A stretch of 52,764 nt of DNA, taken from positions 1 to 52,764 of IMG/VR virus record IMGVR_UViG_3300036851_000303. One strand, written 5' to 3'. Below the pieces are notes generated by a model, which was not told the origin of the DNA, did no database searches, and was given only the letters and a program-made list of their open reading frames with translations. The position numbers and the translations under genes were made by a program. How positions within the stretch are numbered: the first letter of the stretch is position 1; each line of letters starts with the position of its first letter. Positions 45,832 to 52,764 of the stretch are shown here, one piece after another. This DNA is from a virus. Taxonomy: Duplodnaviria > Caudoviricetes.

Positions 45832-46349
45832 ACCTGTTCCCAGCACGTAAACCAACGTGCGCGCTGCCCTCGCCCACACCCGACCGCGACGACCGCGACC
45901 TCCTGCCAGTCCTTCGGCGGGCGCGGCCACTCGTAATGGATGATGCCTACTCGACCGCCGGGACGAACCGCGGCGCAACAGTTACGCAGGACTTCCGATG
46001 CCGATGGAAATACTCCAGCGCCAACGGCGTAATGAGTCGCGTCCTCGGGCGAATAGGGAGGGTCCGCAAGTACTGCAGCCCAATAGCCCCCGGCAGGAAG
46101 GGGCTCACGTACATCTTGGCAATAGTCGGGAGCCAAAGTGGGATCCAGATCAACGGTACAGTCATTGGGACCGAGTCCTCGGTAGGGGTAGTCACGGACT
46201 TTGCCACTGCAGACGTGCAGGACGGGATCGTCGAGATGCACCCCGAGGAGCGCGCGGGCGCGGTGGAGGAAGCCGGCGGGGTACGCGCCGTAGTACGCGA
46301 CCTTGGGGCGCGCGAGGATCCAGATGTCGGTCAAGGGGCGGTAATTCAC
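45807..46349 (-). CDS. second amino-methyltransferase (DPPY)
   Basis: YYGAYP, VLHVCSG, DPPYS; GTGA overlap. Confidence 0.75.
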   Translation of the reverse strand: MNYRPLTDIWILARPKVAYYGAYPAGFLHRARALLGVHLDDPVLHVCSGKVRDYPYRGLGPNDCTVDLDPTLAPDYCQDVREPLPAGGYWAAVLADPPYSPEDATHYAVGAGVFPSASEVLRNCCAAVRPGGRVGIIHYEWPRPPKDWQEVAVVAVGCGRGQRARWFTCWEQVCSTSTPE

Positions 46350-46672
46350 CGCTCCACCTCCAGCACCAACCTGACTCGTACTCCCCGCGCCGCGAGTTCG
46401 CGTAGCCGCATACACACGACCGCTTGGGGGGGTGCCGCGATCATGAATCCCTGCTTTGGGTTGAAGCCAATCGTGGCGTAGCACTCCTCGCGCTCGGTTT
46501 CCGTTTGACTGAGTGGCCCCATCGCCAACGTATACGCCTCGGCGGACGCGGTCTGCCCGTCCACGCGTTGCGGGCACGCGAAATCCCAGAGAGCGCCTGC
46601 GAAGACGCCCGCGAGGGCGAGGTACACCGGGAGGCGGTAGGAGTACGGGCGGAACGAGACGCGGGTCTTCAT
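46346..46672 (-). CDS. membrane-anchored hypothetical protein
   Basis: N-terminal TM segment. Confidence 0.55.
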   Translation of the reverse strand: MKTRVSFRPYSYRLPVYLALAGVFAGALWDFACPQRVDGQTASAEAYTLAMGPLSQTETEREECYATIGFNPKQGFMIAAPPQAVVCMRLRELAARGVRVRLVLEVER

Positions 46673-46758
46673 CCCCGGAACAGGAAATAGAGCACCATGA
46701 GCCCCGCAATGGCGTACGCGACTGTCTCAATCAGCGCATTGATCTCTGCTGGTGTCAT
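46669..46758 (-). CDS. 29-aa single-TM peptide
   Basis: MTPAEINALIETVAYAIAGLMVLYFLFRG, ATGA overlaps. Confidence 0.5.
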   Translation of the reverse strand: MTPAEINALIETVAYAIAGLMVLYFLFRG

Positions 46759-47585
46759 GCCCTGCACTCCGCCATGAACGCGGGCGCCCACATCTTCCGC
46801 CCCGGCACCTCGAACTCGATCCCTGAGTCGTCCCGCGTCGTCAGGTTGTCCCGCACCACTCGACAGAACGTCTTCCCCTCGCGCCGATCCAGCAAGCACA
46901 AGGTCTGCGCGTAGTACGGCAGCCGCGGCGCCCCCTCGATCCCCACGTCAATCCCGAACTCGCTTCGTACCTCCTTCCGCCCCTCGCTCTCCTTGCGGAA
47001 GCTGTCGGCGCGGGGAGGCTTCGCGATGGTGGTCGTCAGCAACACGTTGAGCGTCTCGTGCTGCGAGATCCGCTCCAAGAAGGCCCCGTCGTGGGCGCCT
47101 TTCGTGATACTCCACAAATCGTCGGGGCGCGGGGTCACAGGCGGCGCGTTCTTCAGATTCAGGTTCTCGCGCTGCATCTTCTCCTTGCGCCGTTCGAGGT
47201 AGATCGCTTTATCGAGTCCGGTGACGGCGTTGTACCCGAGGTCTTGTGCTTTCTCCCAAACCCGAGACATGCTCTCCACCGCGAGCCAGTCGCCAGGCGT
47301 CGCCATCTGGAGGATCTGATCCGTCGCCTCAGTGATGTCGTTCATCACGGGGCAGTGGTAGTACGCGATGTTCTTGGGTGCGTCGGTGCCCCACGACTTC
47401 AGGACTGGCGGGAGCTTGTTCTCTGTGTCGATCACCCAGAACTGGTTGCCGGGGTGGAACGCTTCCATGAAGGCCGCGAGGGAGACGAGGGCGGATGATT
47501 TGCCGCTGCCGTCCTTCCCCGCCACGATAATCATTTCCCGCGACGGCAGGGCGAGGAGTTCAGCGAGTGTGAGCGGTGCGTTCAT
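46755..47585 (-). CDS. RecA-like P-loop ATPase (Sak4/AAA_24-like)
   Basis: GKDGSGKS, IDTE, AVESMS; next to an exonuclease. Confidence 0.75.
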   Translation of the reverse strand: MNAPLTLAELLALPSREMIIVAGKDGSGKSSALVSLAAFMEAFHPGNQFWVIDTENKLPPVLKSWGTDAPKNIAYYHCPVMNDITEATDQILQMATPGDWLAVESMSRVWEKAQDLGYNAVTGLDKAIYLERRKEKMQRENLNLKNAPPVTPRPDDLWSITKGAHDGAFLERISQHETLNVLLTTTIAKPPRADSFRKESEGRKEVRSEFGIDVGIEGAPRLPYYAQTLCLLDRREGKTFCRVVRDNLTTRDDSGIEFEVPGRKMWAPAFMAECRA

Positions 47586-47591
47586 GTTGTC

Positions 47592-47903
47592 CTAACTCTG
47601 ATCGGGATGGAACGTCTCCATCGTTTGACCGAACTTGCCCTTGGGCTTCGGGAAAGTCTCTCGGTAGAGCGCGTATTTCGGGGTGACCTTAATCAGCCCC
47701 GCGAACTCCACCACGCGCCCGAGGAACTCGAACGGCATCAGGTGCTCCGGTAGCTGGTTCCCGATCTGCCCCGTATGGCCGATGATGCAGTGCATCCCTT
47801 TGTGCTGTCCCTGCGTCGCCTCAAAGACGAGCCGCTTAACCACACAACATCCCTTTTCTGATGGCGTGCTGGAGGAGCATCGCCCAATTTCGGAGCTGGT
47901 CAT
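47592..47903 (-). CDS. hypothetical protein
   Basis: ORF between ATPase and exonuclease; the true start is probably near 47845. Confidence 0.55.
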   Translation of the reverse strand: MTSSEIGRCSSSTPSEKGCCVVKRLVFEATQGQHKGMHCIIGHTGQIGNQLPEHLMPFEFLGRVVEFAGLIKVTPKYALYRETFPKPKGKFGQTMETFHPDQS

Positions 47904-48480
47904 CGGGCGGAATCTCGAAGATCCACGACAGCAGTTGCGGTCCCGTCCCGCCCATGCCCTTGCTGTAATCCCCGTTGACGAAGAACACGATGAGCTGCGC
48001 CTCGACCATGCCGAGCCCGGGGTACGCTTGGTTCAGCATGTAGAGGTAGCCCTTCATCTGCACGAACCAGTGCCAGAACTTCCGGTGCGGAGTGAACAGG
48101 CCGTTCTCGATGGTCCCGATCCCACCGCGCGACGACATCCACGTCGCCTTGTACTCGGTGAGCCGCCACGGCGAGGGGGTGATGTCGATCCCGTCTGGGG
48201 AGCCGATGATCCCGTCGCACTCCACTTCGCCAGGCCGTAGGAGTCCGGGGTGCCGTGCCGAGAGTCCGAGTTCGAGAATCTGCTCGAACGCCGAGCCGGT
48301 TTCGACCCGGATCAGATCCATCGGCTTGTCGGGGTCGAACCGCTTCCGATCCATCTCGACGCAGATGGACTTGTAGATGTCGGACAGGTGCAAGCCACCG
48401 CTGCGGACGTGCGGCACGTTCAGCTCGTGCCGCACGATGAGATCGGCGGGAGAGATGTCGACGGTCGAGACTAGCTGCAT
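47836..48480 (-). CDS. PD-(D/E)XK exonuclease
   Basis: HLSD..C, GSPDG, EYK, QMKGY. Confidence 0.8.
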   Translation of the reverse strand: MQLVSTVDISPADLIVRHELNVPHVRSGGLHLSDIYKSICVEMDRKRFDPDKPMDLIRVETGSAFEQILELGLSARHPGLLRPGEVECDGIIGSPDGIDITPSPWRLTEYKATWMSSRGGIGTIENGLFTPHRKFWHWFVQMKGYLYMLNQAYPGLGMVEAQLIVFFVNGDYSKGMGGTGPQLLSWIFEIPPDDQLRNWAMLLQHAIRKGMLCG

Positions 48481-48483
48481 CCC

Positions 48484-48750
48484 TCACAGCTTTTCGAGAT
48501 TGACGCGGTAAGAGCCATGAAGCCGGTAGTAGGTCGTGTCGACCCACCACACCAATTCGCCGCCACTCTTCCCTATCTCTGGGCAGAAGGAGGGACACGC
48601 AATCACACGACCCGTGAGGCGATCCCCGCATAGGTGACGAACGCTGGCGCCGGGCCGTAGCGCAGCACGTTGCTGGGCAAGCTCCCCTTTCAGGGCGTCA
48701 ATTTCGTCTTGAAGGGAGAGGATCTTGTCTTCAATCTGACGTGCCGTCAT
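48484..48750 (-). CDS. hypothetical protein
   Basis: Operon packing. Confidence 0.6.
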   Translation of the reverse strand: MTARQIEDKILSLQDEIDALKGELAQQRAALRPGASVRHLCGDRLTGRVIACPSFCPEIGKSGGELVWWVDTTYYRLHGSYRVNLEKL

Positions 48751-49001
48751 GAGCAGAACCTCCGCACGTTGTAGAACGCTTCAGAGACGTCGGGGTTGTT
48801 GATGTAGCGGAGCAGGAGCTTCTCGGCTTCCTCACGCATCGGATCGGTGTTGATGGTGTCCTCTGCCACGATGGCGAGCATCTGGAGTTGCTCGATCATG
48901 TCGTCACGCCGAACCGGTGTGAGCACGTCGTTGAGGTACGCCAGTCGCCGCTGATCGCTCAACTGCTCCCAGGCTTCCCGCGCACGGTCCCGTCGCGCCA
49001 C
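48747..49001 (-). CDS. hypothetical protein
   Basis: Operon packing. Confidence 0.6.
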   Translation of the reverse strand: MARRDRAREAWEQLSDQRRLAYLNDVLTPVRRDDMIEQLQMLAIVAEDTINTDPMREEAEKLLLRYINNPDVSEAFYNVRRFCS

Positions 49002-49007
49002 CGCGGC

Positions 49008-49175
49008 TTATCGCTCCCCGCGGTCGAGAATCCCAACAGTCGAGCTTTGCATCGCTTCACCGGTAGCAGGAACTTCGATAGTGGCGGACGGGCTGAACGG
49101 GGTCGCCATGTCGTCGCAGGCCGCCGTCATCAGAGCGCCGAGGATGATGAGCACGTAGAAAAGTGGTGTTCGCAT
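49008..49175 (-). CDS. small putative lipoprotein
   Basis: MRTPLFYVLIILGALMTAACDD lipobox; GGGAG RBS. Confidence 0.65.
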   Translation of the reverse strand: MRTPLFYVLIILGALMTAACDDMATPFSPSATIEVPATGEAMQSSTVGILDRGER

Positions 49176-49202
49176 TGTTGTTACTCCCAGTAATCTCAGT
49201 TT

Positions 49203-49236
49203 GAAAAACGGGGCGGAGTTTCTCCGGCGCCGCCCC
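49203..49236 (-). terminator. intrinsic terminator inside the leftward arm
   Basis: GGGGCGG...CCGCCCC followed by GTTTTTC on the minus strand. Confidence 0.65.
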
Positions 49237-49424
49237 TCACCGTCGCGTGTTCTCTTCTTCAACCCCGGTTTGTCGGGTCACGCAGTTTGGTATGCGGGCG
49301 GGCGGAGCGAACCCCGCACCCCGTTGCCGTACCCCAACCCGGCCAGAAAGAGCAGCTCCGGGGGATACCGCCCGCACAAATTCGATTTCAGTCGCGTAAA
49401 GCAACTGAAATCGTTACTTTCCGT

Positions 49425-50327
49425 CTACGCAGCCGGCGCGAGCGTCACCTTCGTCCCGTCGAACGCCACTGTTCCCACCATCGCGTCGCCCTTCATCACC
49501 GGGGCGCCGACGATGGTCGGGAGGAACTCGCTGGCATTCTGCGAGAGGAGCTTCGTCGCGTTGAGACGATTCGGGTTCTGCGACAGGATACGGAACGAGA
49601 GCGGGCCGAGCTTGGCCTTCTCGACTGCACCCGCGTTCTTGTCGTCGGCGAGGAGCTGCACGACGGCGTCGAGGGCGGCATCGCGGGCGCCGTTGTCGGC
49701 CATCGGGCCGCCAGCAGCAGGAGTCGCGGTGCCCGGATTCGGGGCCGCACTCTTGGCAGTCGCCTTGGGCGCGGCCGTCGTTGCCGGTTTCACCGTGTTC
49801 TCCCACGGCAACGCGACGATCTGATCGACGAGCACGATCGTCCGCTCCTTCTTGCTGTCGTCCTTCTTCTGGCCCTCGACCATACGCGTCTTGTCTTGGG
49901 CCTCCGACCGCAGCTTGACCCGCATCCCCTCGAACACGCTCAGGTCGTCGCCGATCCGGTCCTGCGGGAACCCGCCCTGCCCTGACACATGCGGCGCGTT
50001 GACGATGGAGTTGACGAACTGCAACGCGTTCGAGTCCTTCGGCAGACCCTTCTTGTTGCCGAAGACCTTGAACCGCTTCCCGTCGTCACTCGGGATCCGG
50101 TGCTCGGGGTTGCCGGCGGAGTAGTGCTGAATGCGCGGCTGCTTGTCGGCCGCGAACGAGTCGACGTGGAACTGCACTGCGATGGCGGGGACGGCGGGTG
50201 TGACCTTGCCGTCGTAATCGGTCGTCGCGGCGCGGCAGGAAACGATGGTCGCCTCAACCCCGTCGAGATACGCGGAAACGTCGGCATTCCCGGGGAGAAG
50301 ACTTGCGTAGGTTGCGGTTTCGCTCAT
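49425..50327 (-). CDS. putative ssDNA-binding/replication accessory protein
   Basis: OB-like beta N-domain, Ala/Pro linker, highly biased codons, in the recombination module. Confidence 0.5.
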   Translation of the reverse strand: MSETATYASLLPGNADVSAYLDGVEATIVSCRAATTDYDGKVTPAVPAIAVQFHVDSFAADKQPRIQHYSAGNPEHRIPSDDGKRFKVFGNKKGLPKDSNALQFVNSIVNAPHVSGQGGFPQDRIGDDLSVFEGMRVKLRSEAQDKTRMVEGQKKDDSKKERTIVLVDQIVALPWENTVKPATTAAPKATAKSAAPNPGTATPAAGGPMADNGARDAALDAVVQLLADDKNAGAVEKAKLGPLSFRILSQNPNRLNATKLLSQNASEFLPTIVGAPVMKGDAMVGTVAFDGTKVTLAPAA

Positions 50328-50356
50328 GTGTGTGCGTTGCCCCTTCTAATAGACGG

Positions 50357-50767
50357 TCAGATGTTCTGATGTGGGGAGATAGCGACATCTGTGCCAACCT
50401 CCCCGGTTTCAACGAGAGACGGTGAGTCGGGCACCGGGATCTCGGGACTCGGGATCCCAGGATCTTCGGTGGTTTCTGGCCGGGTTGGGGTAGCGGCAGC
50501 ATCGGCGGGGGGTGCTGGCAGCACCATTGTGTCGCGCCCGCACCGGTTGCAGCGGAGCAGGTTGGCGATGACCCGCTGCATGTGTTTGACTGGCTTCAGG
50601 CGACCGCCGCACCCGCAGAAGTGGTGTCCAGCCTCGCGTGCGCGACGGATCGCGTGCGCTTCAGCGGCGTCGACCATGCGGCGGATACTGGCGTGCGCGC
50701 GGCGCCGTGCGAGTTGGCGACGGGCGGCAGCGTTCGCGGTGGAGCGGCGTTTGCGGCTAGCGGGCAC
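50357..50767 (-). CDS. zinc-finger hypothetical protein
   Basis: CGCGG..CNRCG, basic N-terminus and acidic C-terminus. Confidence 0.6.
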   Translation of the reverse strand: MPASRKRRSTANAAARRQLARRRAHASIRRMVDAAEAHAIRRAREAGHHFCGCGGRLKPVKHMQRVIANLLRCNRCGRDTMVLPAPPADAAATPTRPETTEDPGIPSPEIPVPDSPSLVETGEVGTDVAISPHQNI

Positions 50768-51050
50768 GACGACCGATTGATTCTCCGCCGAGTGGTGCGG
50801 TGGTAGCGGAGTCGTACTGGTTTGGGTTTACAGCGTCGGTCCCCGCCTGTGTTCCGCCGTCGTAGGCAGACGCGTCGTGTAGGACGTGGGGTCGGTAGAT
50901 TCGGTAGAACTTCTCTTCCGTTTGCTCTGGGCGGTCGATGTAGTTTTCTAATTCGTTGAGCATGTCGGCCTTGTCCATGAAAACAAGAGTCTGACAGGCT
51001 ACCTGCACTACAAACCCGTTGAACACCCTACGAATTGTTACTTCGCGCAT
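50757..51050 (-). CDS. hypothetical protein
   Basis: MREVTIRRVFNGFVVQV..; CAGGAGG RBS. Confidence 0.7.
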   Translation of the reverse strand: MREVTIRRVFNGFVVQVACQTLVFMDKADMLNELENYIDRPEQTEEKFYRIYRPHVLHDASAYDGGTQAGTDAVNPNQYDSATTAPLGGESIGRRAR

Positions 51051-52703
51051 TTACGTGGCCTCCTGAGCGGACAACTTCGGCAACGGCTGCGGCAAGGTGT
51101 CCGAGATCCTGATTACAGCTTCATGGAACCATTTCGGCGCGAGATCCTTGTACTTCCCGAGGAACCACACCGCGTGCCCGTCGACAATGAACGTCTCGCA
51201 CGAGTCATCGGGGGCGCGCATCCCTCTCCCGACCGCCTGCACCAACTCCTGCATCGCGAGGTACGCGGAGTAGTCCGCATCCTCCGCCGTCCGTGCCTTC
51301 AGGATCGGATCCCGCGAATCGGGAAACGGCACCTTCGTCACGATCTGGTACTCGCATGTGTCGTACGCGAAGTCGTACCCCGTCGTCACGCTCGGGCTCA
51401 CGAGGATCGTCCCCGGCCCTGCCTTCTTGAACTCCTCAATCACCTGGCGCGTCGTGTAGGAGTCGTGCGAGATCATCGCGTCCCGGTATCGCAACATCTG
51501 TACCAACTGGTTCCGCCGCTTGTAGCTCACCGTATGGATGATGCCCTTACGGTCCCGACGCCACCCGAGGATCGTGTCGATAAGCGCGACCCACCGCCGC
51601 ACATCGTCGTCGTCCATGCGGAAGTCGACCCGGGGCGCAGACTTCACGAGGTACACCGGCCGACGTTCCTTCGCGAATCCGCTACTCGCCTCGTAGTAGT
51701 CGACGTCCGCCTTGTCCAGCCCCAGCAGATCCGCCGTCTTCGGACGGAAGGTCGCCGACATCAGAATGACCTTCTCCACCCCGCGGAACAGCGCCTTCTC
51801 TGCGTACCCAGCGACCCAGATCGGGTCGAACACCACGCGATCCGTCTCCTCGTGGAAGATCCAGTCGTCGGGGTGCATCCCGGCGATCGACTGCAGCAAT
51901 CGGTGCATGTAGGTGAGCTTGATGAACCGCCCCACGTCTCGCGCGCTCCGGGGACGTGACACCCCCGCGGCATCGTCCGACTCGTTCCCCTCGCGTTCGA
52001 GTTGGTGCCCGAGTCGCTCCGCGTGTCGGCGTGCCCACGTACTCCACACAACCATCTGCTCGGGCTGCGACCCGATCGGGAGCGGAGGGATCGTCGCGCT
52101 CAGGTAGTGGGTGACGTCCTGGTACCGCAGTTCAGTAGAGAGGAACCCCGCGAGTTCGTCAGGCGCCGCATGTGCCTCGTCGAGCACGAGAATGTCGAAC
52201 TTCCCGAGCCCCTGGCCGAAGCGGTACTGCGTCATCCAGTACGCGTAGTTGGTGACGAGGAGCTGGGCCTGCTGGGCGCGGCGGAGGGTGTCGTAGTACA
52301 GGCACCCCGCGTCCTTCAGGCTGCAGGCGACCTTCGCACGACAGGGACCGCGGTCACAGGTCGCGGGGTACTCGACCGCACCCGCCAGCTCGCCATCGGG
52401 GCGTACCGCCAAGCACTCGTAAGCCGACTGGCCCATCGCGACCGTCAACCCGAGTTCCACAAATTCGCGGGCGATCTGGTCTTGAAGCGCCTTCGTTGAT
52501 GTGAGGATCGCGGTGCGCTTTCCAGTGAGGATCTGGAGCATCACGGCGAGGAGGCTCTTGCCGGCGCCAGTCGGAAGCACGAGCCCCGCGAACCGCTTCT
52601 CGGTGTCGATGGCGCGGAGGAGTGCCTCGGCCTGGTCGGGGCGCCAGCTCTGGAATTGGTCGGGCGCCCCGAGGAAGTGTGGCGGAGGGAGGAGGTCGAT
52701 CAC
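51051..52703 (-). CDS. DinG/XPD-family ATP-dependent helicase
   Basis: PTGAGKS, LQDQ, Fe-S-like Cys cluster, DEAH, SAT, KVPFP, QAVGRGMR. Confidence 0.9.
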   Translation of the reverse strand: MIDLLPPPHFLGAPDQFQSWRPDQAEALLRAIDTEKRFAGLVLPTGAGKSLLAVMLQILTGKRTAILTSTKALQDQIAREFVELGLTVAMGQSAYECLAVRPDGELAGAVEYPATCDRGPCRAKVACSLKDAGCLYYDTLRRAQQAQLLVTNYAYWMTQYRFGQGLGKFDILVLDEAHAAPDELAGFLSTELRYQDVTHYLSATIPPLPIGSQPEQMVVWSTWARRHAERLGHQLEREGNESDDAAGVSRPRSARDVGRFIKLTYMHRLLQSIAGMHPDDWIFHEETDRVVFDPIWVAGYAEKALFRGVEKVILMSATFRPKTADLLGLDKADVDYYEASSGFAKERRPVYLVKSAPRVDFRMDDDDVRRWVALIDTILGWRRDRKGIIHTVSYKRRNQLVQMLRYRDAMISHDSYTTRQVIEEFKKAGPGTILVSPSVTTGYDFAYDTCEYQIVTKVPFPDSRDPILKARTAEDADYSAYLAMQELVQAVGRGMRAPDDSCETFIVDGHAVWFLGKYKDLAPKWFHEAVIRISDTLPQPLPKLSAQEAT

Positions 52704-52764
52704 ACCGCCTCCTTCAACTGTTCCAACCCCACCGCCACCGTAGACCGTCTTCGCGGCTTGGAGC
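52638..52764. repeat. 127-bp terminal direct repeat (copy 2)
   Basis: Identical to 1-127. Confidence 0.95.

Larger units (their letters stand above)
525..50376. repeat. dispersed motif 1, (T/A)CTCCCCACATCA(G), 18 exact 10-mer cores
   Basis: TGATGTGGGG at 525, 4606, 6799, 7960, 8622, 9484, 9975, 17747, 37890, 44128, 50367. CCCCACATCA at 2145, 11201, 17970, 26857, 33406, 35919, 37681. Confidence 0.9.
13991..50492. repeat. dispersed motif 2, TACCCCAACCCGGCCAG (extends to ...AGAwwGAG), 6 exact copies
   Basis: Forward at 16852, 35882, 49330. Reverse at 13997-14013, 35615-35631, 50476-50492. Confidence 0.9.

Noticed and set aside
47836-48480. CRISPR-associated Cas4
   Set aside because: It lacks the C-terminal Cys cluster and any CRISPR context, and fits an ordinary recombination exonuclease.
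525-50376. CRISPR array or mini-array built from motif 1 or motif 2
   Set aside because: The copies are hundreds to thousands of bases apart, short, and often inside genes. No cas genes are present.
1-52764. Stop-codon reassignment
   Set aside because: Core genes are intact under the standard code and end in TAG, TGA and TAA.

Overview
This window looks like a complete, circularly closed, high-GC temperate phage genome of about 52,637 bp. The first 127 nt are repeated exactly at 52638-52764, which is most likely an assembler overlap. The tail is podovirus-like, with no tape measure gene. A rightward arm (about 11.2-39.85 kb) carries terS/terL, portal, scaffold, major capsid, tail and ejection proteins, a GH24 lysozyme and accessory membrane/nucleotide genes. 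One leftward arm runs from about 10.4 kb through the circular junction to 39.85 kb. It carries small early genes, a ribbon-helix-helix regulator, xis, a tyrosine integrase, an attP (3' half of tRNA-Pro TGG), a DinG-like helicase, recombination genes, two DNA methyltransferases and a family A polymerase split into UDG-exonuclease and polymerase genes. The strongest unexplained signal is a dispersed regulatory code. There are 18 exact copies of an asymmetric CCCCACATCA core, 16 of them co-oriented with local transcription (stoperator-like), and 6 exact copies of a second 17-mer, TACCCCAACCCGGCCAG. The attP also cuts the leftward arm between the early promoter and the replication genes. All product calls come from motifs read by eye, with no database searches. 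Many start codons were re-picked from RBS or stop/start overlaps.
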